Positions 1 to 11,195 of a stretch of 59,893 nt of DNA are shown here, one piece after another; positions within the stretch are counted from its first letter, which is position 1; every line of letters starts with the position of its first letter. Under the pieces are notes generated by a model. It was not told where the DNA came from, ran no database searches, and saw only the letters and a program-made list of their open reading frames with translations. The DNA comes from a virus (Duplodnaviria; Caudoviricetes). The translations under genes and the position numbers were made by a program. The DNA lies in IMG/VR virus record IMGVR_UViG_3300028595_000001, positions 1 through 59,893 of that record. One strand, written 5' to 3'.

Positions 1-127
1 CAGTACATGAACGGCAAAATGGGTCGCGCTCTTGGCTTGGATTGGTACATGAGCCAGAACGTGAAGCAGTTGACCCGTGGGACCAGAACGACCGGCCTCG
101 TTGGGACTACCGTCTCCGCCCAAGGCG
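1..127. repeat. Terminal direct repeat (circular assembly overlap), copy 1
   Basis: Bases 1-127 are identical to 59767-59893, and the coat ORF reads through the junction in frame. Confidence 0.97.
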
Positions 128-630
128 CGACTACCCTCGTGCTTGATACCATCGGCGTTGATGGCGGCACCTATGTCGCTGGCGATGTTTTTACGGTTAG
201 CGGTGTTTACAAGGTAAACCCCGAAACCAAGGAAACAACCGGTGCGTTACAGCAGTTTGTAGTCACTACTGCTGCTACTGCTGTTGGCGATGATGCCACC
301 CTGACTGTTTCTCCCGCTATGTACACGACTGGTGCGAAACAGAACATTGACGCCTTCCCCGTTGACGGCGCTACGGTAACTATGGTTGGTACGGCTTCCA
401 CTGCGTATCCCGAAAACCTGGTTTTCCATCCTGAAGCTTATACGTTTGCTACCGCTAACCTTGAGATGCCGAGTGACGTTTCCTTTAAGTCCCAGATGGC
501 TCAGGACGGCATTAACATTCGTATCCTGCGTCAGTATGACATTAACTCAGCGAACTACCCGATGCGACTCGATGTATTCTTTGGCTTTTTGGCTCAAAGA
601 CCGGAGTTTGGATGCAGGGTGATCGGCTGA
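1..630 (+). CDS. Major capsid protein, P22 gp5-like, C-terminal part (gene starts at 59197; ~399 aa)
   Basis: In-frame continuation of 59197-59893; motifs ENLVFHPEAYTFATANL and RLDVFFG; follows portal and scaffold. Confidence 0.92.
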   Translation, partial: QYMNGKMGRALGLDWYMSQNVKQLTRGTRTTGLVGTTVSAQGATTLVLDTIGVDGGTYVAGDVFTVSGVYKVNPETKETTGALQQFVVTTAATAVGDDATLTVSPAMYTTGAKQNIDAFPVDGATVTMVGTASTAYPENLVFHPEAYTFATANLEMPSDVSFKSQMAQDGINIRILRQYDINSANYPMRLDVFFGFLAQRPEFGCRVIG

Positions 631-640
631 TAGTTTAACC

Positions 641-658
641 GCCCCGGTTCGCCGGGGC
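641..658 (+). terminator. GC hairpin with UUCG loop after coat gene (terminator or stabilising hairpin)
   Basis: gccccgg-ttcg-ccggggc; no U-tract follows. Confidence 0.55.
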
Positions 659-677
659 TACCACAAGGAGTGAAGTA

Positions 678-932
678 ATGGCAGATTATGATGTTATCGG
701 AACCAACCGACCGGATGGGTGCCAGATTGGTACTGCGTCCACTGAAAAAGTTGGCTTTTTCGGCACGACCCCGTGCGACCAGCCTGCGAGTTCCAATCAG
801 GCGGCTGTAACGGCGATCACCACCACCCATTCTACCACGACTATCGCGGCTGTTGTTGCAGCGAACACCACGCTGCTTAATCAGATTCGGACCGACCTTG
901 TTGAGCTTGGTCTGATTAAGGGCGCGGCGTAA
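678..932 (+). CDS. Small Thr-rich virion (head decoration/fibre-like) protein
   Basis: AAGGAG RBS; directly after coat; C-terminal LLNQIRTDLVELGLIKG resembles head-fibre oligomerisation helices. Confidence 0.7.
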   Translation: MADYDVIGTNRPDGCQIGTASTEKVGFFGTTPCDQPASSNQAAVTAITTTHSTTTIAAVVAANTTLLNQIRTDLVELGLIKGAA

Positions 933-943
933 GGAGGTAGGTT

Positions 944-1144
944 ATGGCAGGTGGAGCAAACAAACACTATCTGTGGGAACTCGCGCAGAATCCGTTTTCC
1001 AGTTCCAGTCAGGCTGCGGTGACGGCGATTACGACTACCCACTCGACTACCACGATTGCGGCTGTAGTGGCTGCAAACACGGTCCTTTTAAACCAGATTC
1101 GCACTGACCTTATTGCGGCTGGTATTATCAAAGGGGCTGCGTGA
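944..1144 (+). CDS. Paralog of 678-932, Thr-rich virion protein
   Basis: AAGGAGG RBS; last ~47 aa nearly identical to those of the upstream protein. Confidence 0.75.
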   Translation: MAGGANKHYLWELAQNPFSSSSQAAVTAITTTHSTTTIAAVVAANTVLLNQIRTDLIAAGIIKGAA

Positions 1145-1154
1145 TCTAACCTTA

Positions 1155-1184
1155 ACGGGGGTCTTCGGACCCCCACGTGGTTTT
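1155..1184 (+). terminator. Intrinsic terminator-like hairpin
   Basis: gggggtc-ttcg-gaccccc followed by acgtggtttt. Confidence 0.6.
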
Positions 1185-2441
1185 ATGAAAATTCTTAAAT
1201 CGAGCGGTGCGTTTGGTGGCAAGCCGACAAGGGTTTTTATTGCCATACCAACAACAAGCGATATTTCCGCAGAGACAGTCTATTCTCTATTCGGCGCGAA
1301 AGAAGAACTACTTAAAAACGGGATTGGTTCAGAACTGGCGATATGCGCTTATGACTGTCATGTTGACGACCAAAGAAACTCGCTTGTTCAGGAGTTCCTT
1401 GAATCAAAGTGTGACACTTTTGTGTTTATAGATTCTGATGTTCACTTTGACCCTGAAGACTTGGTCAAGTTGGTCAAATATGACAGGGACGTTGTGGCTG
1501 GAGTCTACCCCAAAAAGTCGGAAGATCCTGAATTTCCAGTAAGATTTCTTGGTGGAGAGTTGTGGACCGACCAAGACGGGCTGATGGAAGTTGCGTCTGT
1601 TCCAACCGGCTTTTTGAAGATAAAGCGCAAGGTATTGGAACTACTGTATATTTCCGTACCAAAATACGCAAGCCGGTTTGACGTAAACCGGAAGATTAAG
1701 ACCCCACTCATTTTTGAAAGAAGACTTGACGGTAACATAAGGTGGGGCGGCGACTACGAGTTCTGTCAAAAGTGGAAAAAAACCGGCGGGAAAATTTATG
1801 TGGACCCGTGTATGCGGTTTGGTCACATTGGGTCTGCTGAATATTTTGGTTCGCTTGCCTACCACTTGAGAGAAAAAAATGGGCTTGTTGACCAGCACAT
1901 TGTCAGTTTGATTAAAAAAATTGAAAACGGAAATTGCGACACAAACAATTTTTGCGACCTTAGCGAACACTGGAACAACAAGTGGACCCCAACCATACCG
2001 ATGCTTGGCATGGTGGCAGAACTTTCCAGAGAAGCCACCGGTAACATTCTTGAGATTGGGTCTGGACTTACCACACTAATCCTCGGCGCATCTGGCAAAA
2101 AGGTTACTTCCCTTGAACACCATCCAGAATGGATTTCAAGGATGAACGGGCTTCTAAAGCAGTGCGGATACGGGAACGTAGAACTTTTGGAACGACCAGT
2201 TATTAACGGCTGGTACGACTATGACATAAAAGAAAAATACTCAATGATTTTAATCGACGGTCCTCCACAAGCGTTGAGCGACCGTACAAAAGTTGTTGAT
2301 AAAATAGAAGAAGTTGATGATGGGTGCATTTTTATTGTTGATGACGTTGACCAAAAACTCGACATGACACCAGCGTTGTCAGAAAAATTTGGCATAAACT
2401 TTTTACGGTTCGGACGGTTCGCCGTTGGGAGAAAAACATGA
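1185..2441 (+). CDS. GT-A glycosyltransferase fused to class I SAM methyltransferase
   Basis: N-terminal FVFIDSD (DxD), VAGVYPKK, GFLKIKR, GGDYEFC; C-terminal ILEIGSGLTT, SLEH, LIDGP, IVDD. ATG at 1185 preferred. Confidence 0.85.
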   Translation: MKILKSSGAFGGKPTRVFIAIPTTSDISAETVYSLFGAKEELLKNGIGSELAICAYDCHVDDQRNSLVQEFLESKCDTFVFIDSDVHFDPEDLVKLVKYDRDVVAGVYPKKSEDPEFPVRFLGGELWTDQDGLMEVASVPTGFLKIKRKVLELLYISVPKYASRFDVNRKIKTPLIFERRLDGNIRWGGDYEFCQKWKKTGGKIYVDPCMRFGHIGSAEYFGSLAYHLREKNGLVDQHIVSLIKKIENGNCDTNNFCDLSEHWNNKWTPTIPMLGMVAELSREATGNILEIGSGLTTLILGASGKKVTSLEHHPEWISRMNGLLKQCGYGNVELLERPVINGWYDYDIKEKYSMILIDGPPQALSDRTKVVDKIEEVDDGCIFIVDDVDQKLDMTPALSEKFGINFLRFGRFAVGRKT

Positions 2442-2746
2442 TTAACGACCATAGACAATGGCTTTACAAAGGCAGCGATGGAAAAATCTTTGAGCGCGGC
2501 GAAGTTATTCCAGAGGGTTGGTTTGACGCCCCGAACGCAAAAGAATGGAACAAAATGCCCGTTCAGCCGAAAATGAAAAACACAATGGTTTGGGATGACA
2601 CGCCTGATGTCGCCCCCGTCGAACTTGACGCGCCAGTAAGTGACGATGCACCTGAAATTCTTTACTGCGCTGAGTGCGATAAAGAGTACAAGGACAAGCG
2701 TTGGTACGATAAACACATGGCCGAAAAACACGGTGGGGCTGAATAA
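2438..2746 (+). CDS. Hypothetical protein with C-terminal C2H2 zinc finger
   Basis: CAEC-x12-H-x4-H; overlaps both neighbours' start/stop codons. Confidence 0.75.
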   Translation: MINDHRQWLYKGSDGKIFERGEVIPEGWFDAPNAKEWNKMPVQPKMKNTMVWDDTPDVAPVELDAPVSDDAPEILYCAECDKEYKDKRWYDKHMAEKHGGAE

Positions 2747-3480
2747 TGTCTACTATCGGGACAATTGTGCAAGCGGCTGGTCGCAAGATCGGTCTTGCCG
2801 ATATGGAAGTCGAAGAAATTGTTGACGGCATCAGTGCGTTAAACATGATGTTGAGCCAATGGCAAGCGATACCAAGCCTAAAAAACGCGATAACCAGAGA
2901 GAATTTCAACATTACAAACGGAACGGCGTCTTATACTGTTGGTTCTGGGGCAACCGTGGATACTACCTGGCCCGGTAGAATTAAAGCGGCTTTTCTTCGT
3001 GATGACGACAACGTAGATACGCCACTCGCTGTTTTTTCAGCGGAGGAATATGCCTATACTGGCCAGAAGTCAGAAACGCAAAAACCAGCCGCACTATATT
3101 ACGAAAGGACGTACCCGAACGGAACTTTCTTTTTTTGGCCCACTCCCGATGATACATACGCTGTTCACATCTGGTCACATAAAATATTTACCACTTATTC
3201 AGCCACAACGGATAGCCTGGCACTCCCGCCAGAGTACGAACCTGCGATAATTTTCAATCTTGCTATAGAAATGGCACCAGAATATAAAAAAGAGCCGTCT
3301 GGTGTTGTCGTGGCTAGAGCACAATCAACGCTGAGATCACTAAAAAATATGAACAGCCACCCAGTTCCCCAAGCGAACACAAATGTTGTTTGCCGTGGAG
3401 GGACTTCTTCTAAGGGTGATTTTAATATAGACTATTCTGCTCGTGTTGGTTACGCAACACTGCCGTTTGTTTTGAGGTAA
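2746..3480 (+). CDS. Head-tail adaptor / head completion protein (P22 gp4-like position)
   Basis: LNMMLSQW, FWPTPD, AIIFNLAIEMAPEY motifs; position in operon. Confidence 0.75.
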   Translation: MSTIGTIVQAAGRKIGLADMEVEEIVDGISALNMMLSQWQAIPSLKNAITRENFNITNGTASYTVGSGATVDTTWPGRIKAAFLRDDDNVDTPLAVFSAEEYAYTGQKSETQKPAALYYERTYPNGTFFFWPTPDDTYAVHIWSHKIFTTYSATTDSLALPPEYEPAIIFNLAIEMAPEYKKEPSGVVVARAQSTLRSLKNMNSHPVPQANTNVVCRGGTSSKGDFNIDYSARVGYATLPFVLR

Positions 3481-3492
3481 AAAGGGAAAAAA

Positions 3493-5505
3493 ATGGGCGA
3501 TTCAATTTATTCTCCGGTCATGCAGGTTTTCGATAGCGACGGCAACCCAGGCGTTGGGTATAAACTTTATACTTATGAATCTGGTACAACAACTCCGAAG
3601 GTTGTTTATACTGATGAAGCGTGTACTGTGCCAGCCGCCAACCCCGTTGTCTTTGATTCAAGGGGCGAAGCAACAATTTATTACGCCGACGAATACAAGT
3701 TCGTTCTTAAAACTGACGAAGATGTTACGGTTTGGACTGTTGATGGAGTTGGGACCGCAGCAACATCATCAAGTTCAACGACATACTCATATTATCCCGA
3801 CCCAGACGAAACAGACCAGGGCGTAACCGCTTCTGGAACTGGGGATACTATTTATGATATTATAACAGAGGTTGGCACATCTGAGGTCGCCAACATTGTT
3901 TTACGACACGACGGAAGTGCAAACACCACCGATTATACGTTAGACACAAATATTGACCTAACATCATACCCGCTGGTCTTCATAGAAATACAGCCCGGAG
4001 CAAGACTTGTAAGGACTACCGGAGATGAACTCTTAACCGTAGATACGCCAAACAACATTGTAGCGTCTAAAAACCAACAAATTACTGCGGTGAGCATGAT
4101 TCGTTTTAATGGATCTGGTTCTGTGCCTGTTGAATGGTTCGGAAGTGGGACAAGCGCCACTCAATTTGCGGTTAGTTCTTTGTTGGGCGGCGGAACAGTA
4201 GAATTAAACAATGGAACATACACATCTGTTAAGGTTACAATTACAACAGACATAACATTGTTAATAAAACAAGCAGCGACTTTAAAACTTGCCGATAGTA
4301 CGGACGACTCGCTTGTTTACGTTAATGGGGCGAACAGGTTTGATTTAATAGGAACTGGAATTATAGACGGAAACAAGGATAATAATAGCACATCAAACGG
4401 AACCATTGAAGTTAATGCAACCGATATAGTCAACATCGGATATGTGACGATAAAAGATTCTGATGGAGATGCTGTAAAAATTACGACTGCTACGAATGGA
4501 ACGATAACGCCGATCATTACGGATGCTGATGGGTCAGGTGTTTATACGGTTGATTGCGATAATTTAGACATTAGGCCAGACATTGACACATGCGAACACA
4601 ACGGGGTTATAGTTGTACCAAGCACGAAAAATTGTAGCAATATTAGGGTCGGAGGATACATTAAAAGTCCCGCTCAGACCGGAACGCCGTATGTCGGAGT
4701 TTATTTTAACTCAGGCGACACATATTACGTTGAGAACAGCTTTATAAGTTCTATTGTCGAAGACGCTGGTTATATAGGAATTTATCCTGGTGGAGACTTC
4801 AACACCATTACAGACGGAGCCAGAGTAAATGGTGCTGGGAAAGTAACAAGCGCCAGCGGATACGGAATATGGGTGCATGACTCAGCCCACATTACCATTG
4901 GTTCTGTAGTTGTCAGCAACGGGGAAAACACTGGAATTTTGGTCAACAAAGCCCATAATGTTACCATAACGGGAGCATTGTCATACCGGAACGCTAACGC
5001 TGGTTTTTGGTTTGATTATGACACAAACGCAACTGGAAGACACCAAACTACAGATACCAACAAGGCCACCACATGCGTTGGTTGCATGGCTATCGAAAAC
5101 AGCTATGGAAGCGTCGGAACATGGCCTGGATTTTATATAGATGGATATAGAAATTTGACCCTAAGCGGTTGCCAAGCGCATGATTACCAAGGAACTCAAT
5201 CACAGGGCCGTGGCGTTGTAGCGGCCACCAATGCAACCACAGCTAACATATCTATAATCGGGTGCGATTTTTCAGACAATGTTTCAGGGAACGGGATAAA
5301 CGTGGCAAGGGGCTATTTGTCGCAGTGTTTTGGGAATACACCAAATGACGGAACCTTTATTACTTTGGATGATGATGACTGGGACGATCAACCGGTTATA
5401 ATCGGAAGTTATTACCTATGGGTTGATAGTACGGGCGATCTAAGAATCAAAAGCAGTGCTCCTTCAAGCGATACCGATGGGACAATTGTTGGGACACAAT
5501 CATAA
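3493..5505 (+). CDS. Tailspike with virion-binding N-terminus and right-handed beta-helix
   Basis: N-terminal YTYESGTTTPK...NPVVFDSRG; beta-helix-like repeats; C-terminal YLWVDSTGDLRIKSSAPSSDTDG motif. Confidence 0.8.
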   Translation: MGDSIYSPVMQVFDSDGNPGVGYKLYTYESGTTTPKVVYTDEACTVPAANPVVFDSRGEATIYYADEYKFVLKTDEDVTVWTVDGVGTAATSSSSTTYSYYPDPDETDQGVTASGTGDTIYDIITEVGTSEVANIVLRHDGSANTTDYTLDTNIDLTSYPLVFIEIQPGARLVRTTGDELLTVDTPNNIVASKNQQITAVSMIRFNGSGSVPVEWFGSGTSATQFAVSSLLGGGTVELNNGTYTSVKVTITTDITLLIKQAATLKLADSTDDSLVYVNGANRFDLIGTGIIDGNKDNNSTSNGTIEVNATDIVNIGYVTIKDSDGDAVKITTATNGTITPIITDADGSGVYTVDCDNLDIRPDIDTCEHNGVIVVPSTKNCSNIRVGGYIKSPAQTGTPYVGVYFNSGDTYYVENSFISSIVEDAGYIGIYPGGDFNTITDGARVNGAGKVTSASGYGIWVHDSAHITIGSVVVSNGENTGILVNKAHNVTITGALSYRNANAGFWFDYDTNATGRHQTTDTNKATTCVGCMAIENSYGSVGTWPGFYIDGYRNLTLSGCQAHDYQGTQSQGRGVVAATNATTANISIIGCDFSDNVSGNGINVARGYLSQCFGNTPNDGTFITLDDDDWDDQPVIIGSYYLWVDSTGDLRIKSSAPSSDTDGTIVGTQS

Positions 5506-6843
5506 TGAAAATACCTTTCATTAGCGGCGAAGGACCGGACGGATATTTGCCGATAAACTTGTATTTTTCACCCCGCAAAATATATGGGCGTGACGCACTT
5601 GTTGGCAGACCTGGATTGCTTGAGTTCTGTGACCTTGGATCATCTGCGAAAGTACGGGCAATGGCAGAAAGTCGCGGCATGGGTTTTGTTGTTAGCGGCA
5701 GCGGTTTGTATAAAGTAACTCCGTTCGGTGGTAGCACACTTATTGGAACGCTTGACTATAGCTCTGGGAACGCTTGGATTGAAAGCAACGGAGAACAGGT
5801 GTGCGTGGTAGAAAACAACCGTTGTTATATTTATGAGGATGAAACCCTTAGTGACGTTGAAAACGACGACCTGCCTTTTTCACCTGCATCGCTTGCATAT
5901 GAGGGGGGGTATTTTCTTTCACACGATGCAAACTCAGAAAACTTTTATGAATCTGATTTGTATGATGGAAGCTCTTGGAACGGTGTAGAGTATGCCATCA
6001 CTTCAGTAAAAAAAGATTATTTGTCATCATTGTATGCGGTTAATGGACAAGTTTATGCGATGGGGCATGAGTCTGGTGAAGTTTACTACAACTCTGGGGG
6101 AAGTGATTTTGCGTTTTCAAAAATACAGGGTGGTAACATACCGTGCGGAATTCTTGCAGAAAAAAGTGGCGCGGTTTTTCTTAACAGCTTGGTGGCCTTG
6201 GACAATACTGGCGTTGTTGTTCAGCTTTCTGCCAACCCGATTAAACTAAGTAACGAGCATGTAGATCGTGAGATCGCGTCAATGACAACAGCTAAAGACG
6301 CGAATAGCTTTATGTTTTCAATGAGTGGTCACACGTTTTATGTGATTACTTTCCCGACCGGAAACAAGACTTTTGTTTACGACATGGTGTTCAAGCATTG
6401 GTACGAATGGAGAACGGGAACCGGAAGGTGGCGTCCAAACTGCTACATGAAACTCGACAAAAAGCATCTAGCCGGAGACTACGCAAACGGAAAAATATAT
6501 GAGTTAAGCGAGACTACATATTCAGATGACGGTGATGAAATAATCAGACAGCGAGCCATGCCGGTGCAGAAGGGGTCAGAGCTTGTTACTTTTTCTTCTT
6601 TTGAGTTGGAACAAGAAGGCGGGGTTGGAATTTCTACCGGACAGGGCTCTGATCCGCAAGCCGTACTGGAAGTTTCTGTTGATAAGGGCAAAACGTGGGG
6701 AAACGAAAAATGGCGCGATATTGGAAAAGCCGGTAAATATAAGCAGCGTTTGATTTGGAGAAGGCTTGGAAGGCACAGAGATTTCACGCCAAGAGTGACG
6801 GTTTCTGACCCTGTTAGGACTGTTTGGACGGGAGCGTACTTGA

Positions 6844-6857
<14 letters not shown>
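5505..6857 (+). CDS. Tail hub / packaged DNA stabilisation protein (P22 gp10-like)
   Basis: [11 protein letters not shown]...TFVYD...W, GDY.NGKIY, GVG...GQGSDPQ, GKTWGNE, WRRLG motifs. Confidence 0.9.
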
Positions 6858-8034
<1,177 letters not shown>

Positions 8035-8035
8035 A

Positions 8036-8899
8036 ATGATTTCAGCTTCAATGATAGTTAAAAACGAAGAGGCCATGCTTGGTGCGTGTCTTGCGTCTAT
8101 CAAGGGACTGGACGAAATTGTCATACTCGATACGGGGTCTACCGACAAAACTGTTGAAATAGCTAAGAAATACACCAGCAAGGTTTATGCCGACGAGTAC
8201 AAGTGGAACGACGATTTTGCCGAAGCGAGAAACCTGTCGCTGTCTAAATGCCACGGCGACTGGATTTTTATCATCGACGCTGACGAAAAGCTGATTAGCC
8301 CGGTTGACCAGTTATATGAAGATGTAAGCAAACACTCAGATGAACACATTATTAACATAAATGTTAACGGCAACAAAACGTCCATGCTGGCACCGAGGTT
8401 GTTTAAAAACAACACGGGGATAGTGTGGAAGGGTGCCATTCATAACTACTTGAGCGTGACAGGTAATGCTGTTGGTAAAAGCGTTATTGAGTACGGGTAC
8501 AGCCCTACCCACAAAAAAGACCCAGACCGTACAATCAGGATTTTGAGGAAAGAACTGGAGAAAAACCCGAAGCTTGTCCGTGAGAGATACTATCTTGCCA
8601 GAGAACACTATTATCGAAAAAACTGGACGGCAGCAATTGCCTGGTTTGATTCGTATCTTTCCGTTGCGTGGTGGGCGCCTGAATGGGCTGACGCATGGGT
8701 TCTGAAGGCTGTTTGCCATAAAAACATAGGGCAGTTCAATCAGGCAAAAGATTGTTGTTTAGAAGCAATAAAAATAAACGCTGATTTTAAACAGGCGTTA
8801 AAGCTGATGGCGGAGTTGTCCGGCCCAAAGAACAAAAAAAAATGGCTTGATTATGCAAAGATGTCTAATAATAACGATGTTTTATTTATAAGGGCTTAG
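8036..8899 (+). CDS. GT2 glycosyltransferase with TPR-like C-terminus
   Basis: ISASMIVKNEE, DTGSTD, DFAEARN, IIDADE, WKGAIH; helical repeats at the C-terminus. Confidence 0.92.
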   Translation: MISASMIVKNEEAMLGACLASIKGLDEIVILDTGSTDKTVEIAKKYTSKVYADEYKWNDDFAEARNLSLSKCHGDWIFIIDADEKLISPVDQLYEDVSKHSDEHIININVNGNKTSMLAPRLFKNNTGIVWKGAIHNYLSVTGNAVGKSVIEYGYSPTHKKDPDRTIRILRKELEKNPKLVRERYYLAREHYYRKNWTAAIAWFDSYLSVAWWAPEWADAWVLKAVCHKNIGQFNQAKDCCLEAIKINADFKQALKLMAELSGPKNKKKWLDYAKMSNNNDVLFIRA

Positions 8900-8948
8900 T
8901 TGTTTTATAAACAAGCTGCTGGTTTAATGGAAACGTAAGGAGTTCGGC

Positions 8949-9764
8949 ATGGGATTTTTTGACAAAATTTTAAAACCTGTTCTTGGGGGTGCTGCTGGGT
9001 TTTTGGTGAGTGGTGGCAATCCTATTGGGGCAATAATGGGCGCGGGGCTTGGCGCAAGCATGAACGCAACCGATGCCCAGACTGAAGCAGCGCGAAACGC
9101 ATCCAATACACAAATGCAGTCTGCAAGAGAAGCCAATGCACTCCAAAAGTATATGTACGACACAACCCGTGCTGATACACAGCCGTTCAGAGATATAGAA
9201 CTTCAGGGCGCGAACATTGGCATCAACGCTATGGACCAGCTTTACGATAAAGCAATGGCTGGCCCTGGGGATTTTAAGGCAAGCGATGCGTATAAATGGA
9301 ACCTAAGCCAAGGAATAAACGCGCTTGATAAAAGTGCCGTTGCTGGCGGAAGATCCAGAAATGCCGACACCATGAGGTTTGCATCTGGTCTTGCTTCTAA
9401 TGAGCAAGATAATTTTTTGCGCCGTTATTACGACTCACTTAACCCGTTGCAGTCTTTGGCAAGGGTACAGACAGGATATAATAATGCCTTAAACTCTGCC
9501 GGTCAGAATTACGCTGGCAATTCCGGCACTAACTTGAGGTATGCTGGCGATGCCGCCGCACAAGGATTGCTTGCCGGTGGGCAGGCCGAGGCCCAAAAAT
9601 GGAATATGCTTGGCGCTGCCCCCATGAACGCAATGGCAGCGTACAATATGTACCAGCAGCCCAATCAGGTACCTTATTCTTACGGCAACGCCCTTGGCTA
9701 TGCCGCAGCGCCGACAGGACCATTTCATATGGGTCAGTTTAAAACCACAGCCTACGGGATGTAA
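8949..9764 (+). CDS. DNA ejection/pilot protein (P22 gp7-like)
   Basis: Gly/Ala-rich hydrophobic N-terminus; QKYMYDTTRADTQPF; position after tail genes. Confidence 0.8.
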   Translation: MGFFDKILKPVLGGAAGFLVSGGNPIGAIMGAGLGASMNATDAQTEAARNASNTQMQSAREANALQKYMYDTTRADTQPFRDIELQGANIGINAMDQLYDKAMAGPGDFKASDAYKWNLSQGINALDKSAVAGGRSRNADTMRFASGLASNEQDNFLRRYYDSLNPLQSLARVQTGYNNALNSAGQNYAGNSGTNLRYAGDAAAQGLLAGGQAEAQKWNMLGAAPMNAMAAYNMYQQPNQVPYSYGNALGYAAAPTGPFHMGQFKTTAYGM

Positions 9765-9767
9765 AAA

Positions 9768-11195
9768 ATGGTAAATTACAACGCTTTCAACGTAGACCCG
9801 AACCAATACCAGCAGCAGGCAATGGGAAACTTTTCCAATGCTATGCAGATTCGCAACCAAAATCAACAGGCGGCGGACAGGAACGCTTTGTATAAGCAGC
9901 AACAGGCTGACCTACAGGAGCAACGGAAGGCGCAGAACGCTTTTGAGGCGCAACGGGTTGGAGAGTTGCAAAAAAGAACTGTTTTACAACAGCAACAGCT
10001 TGAACAAGAAAAGAAACAAGATCAGTACCGTAGGTGGGGCAAAGGGATAGAAATAGCTTTGCAACAAAAAACGACAGATGGGGCCAATGCTGCATTGAGA
10101 AACATCGCTCCTGTTCTTGGCTTAGAAGACGTAGAAAGTTTTTCATTTACAAATGTAAACCCAACACAATCAACGGGCGTTATTAAAACATCACAGGGCG
10201 ATGTTGAGATAACAGCGCCGACCGAAAATTTTTTTCCTGTAGTCGAAAAGATGACCACCGATCCGACGTTGGCAAACAATCCTGAATTGATGGGTAAGTT
10301 TTTGGCGGACAATGGCGCTTCGTTGAAACCATACACAGCAAAAGAAAAAGACGATGGATTTACGTTGGGTGAGGGACAGATAAGATATGATAAAAACGGA
10401 AACATTATAGCAAAAGGAACTCCCAAAAAAGACAAAGAAGAATCAACAAAGCCTATTTACGATAGGAATGTAGAGTTGGCCCTTGCTGCAAACAATATCC
10501 AAAAAACCAAAACTGGTGGTTACGAACAATTGGGATTTAACATAGACGGAGAAGAAACGTGGGTTCCAGCGTCAAAAGAAAACGCGCAATGGGCTGCAAA
10601 AACAGAAAGAGAACAAAGATATTATACATCCCAGGTTTTAAAATTTAAGAAAGAACTTGAAAAAAAATACAATGATACAATTAGTTATGAAGACGCTGGC
10701 TATGAATTTGAACAAAGAAGGGCAGAAGAAAGAGCAAAAAGAGCGGCTCGCGATGCTGCCTTTAAAAAAAGTTCGGCGGACGAACAAAGGTTTAAGCGTA
10801 TAGACAGGGGCGGTCCTCAAAAAAACAAACAAAAATTTGACCCAGAAGGAAACGGTTACGACATGGAGTCTGCGAAAGCAGCCGGTCTTAAGCCAGATTC
10901 TACGGGCCACTGGCCGTCAAGAGATCCAAAAACAGGGCTTCTTTTAAAGGGTCGTGGCCATAAAACGTGGAAAAAAACAATAGCTGCTGAAAAAGCTGCT
11001 GGATACGAAGTATATAAAGGGGATGATGGTAGATACTATTCTCGTAAAAAGAAAAAAGATATGTGGGAAAACTACCAAGAAGAGAGCAAAAATGCCTTTA
11101 AAGGTGCGGGTTTGCCTGAATCTTTAATGCAAGACCTCCCCAAAAAGAATGTAATGTCAGGAATGCCAAAACCGTACAACGCGAGATTTCGATGA
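9768..11195 (+). CDS. DNA ejection protein (gp20-like position)
   Basis: Gln-rich coiled N-terminus; FTLGEGQIRYD motif; lies between gp7-like and giant protein. Confidence 0.65.
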   Translation: MVNYNAFNVDPNQYQQQAMGNFSNAMQIRNQNQQAADRNALYKQQQADLQEQRKAQNAFEAQRVGELQKRTVLQQQQLEQEKKQDQYRRWGKGIEIALQQKTTDGANAALRNIAPVLGLEDVESFSFTNVNPTQSTGVIKTSQGDVEITAPTENFFPVVEKMTTDPTLANNPELMGKFLADNGASLKPYTAKEKDDGFTLGEGQIRYDKNGNIIAKGTPKKDKEESTKPIYDRNVELALAANNIQKTKTGGYEQLGFNIDGEETWVPASKENAQWAAKTEREQRYYTSQVLKFKKELEKKYNDTISYEDAGYEFEQRRAEERAKRAARDAAFKKSSADEQRFKRIDRGGPQKNKQKFDPEGNGYDMESAKAAGLKPDSTGHWPSRDPKTGLLLKGRGHKTWKKTIAAEKAAGYEVYKGDDGRYYSRKKKKDMWENYQEESKNAFKGAGLPESLMQDLPKKNVMSGMPKPYNARFR

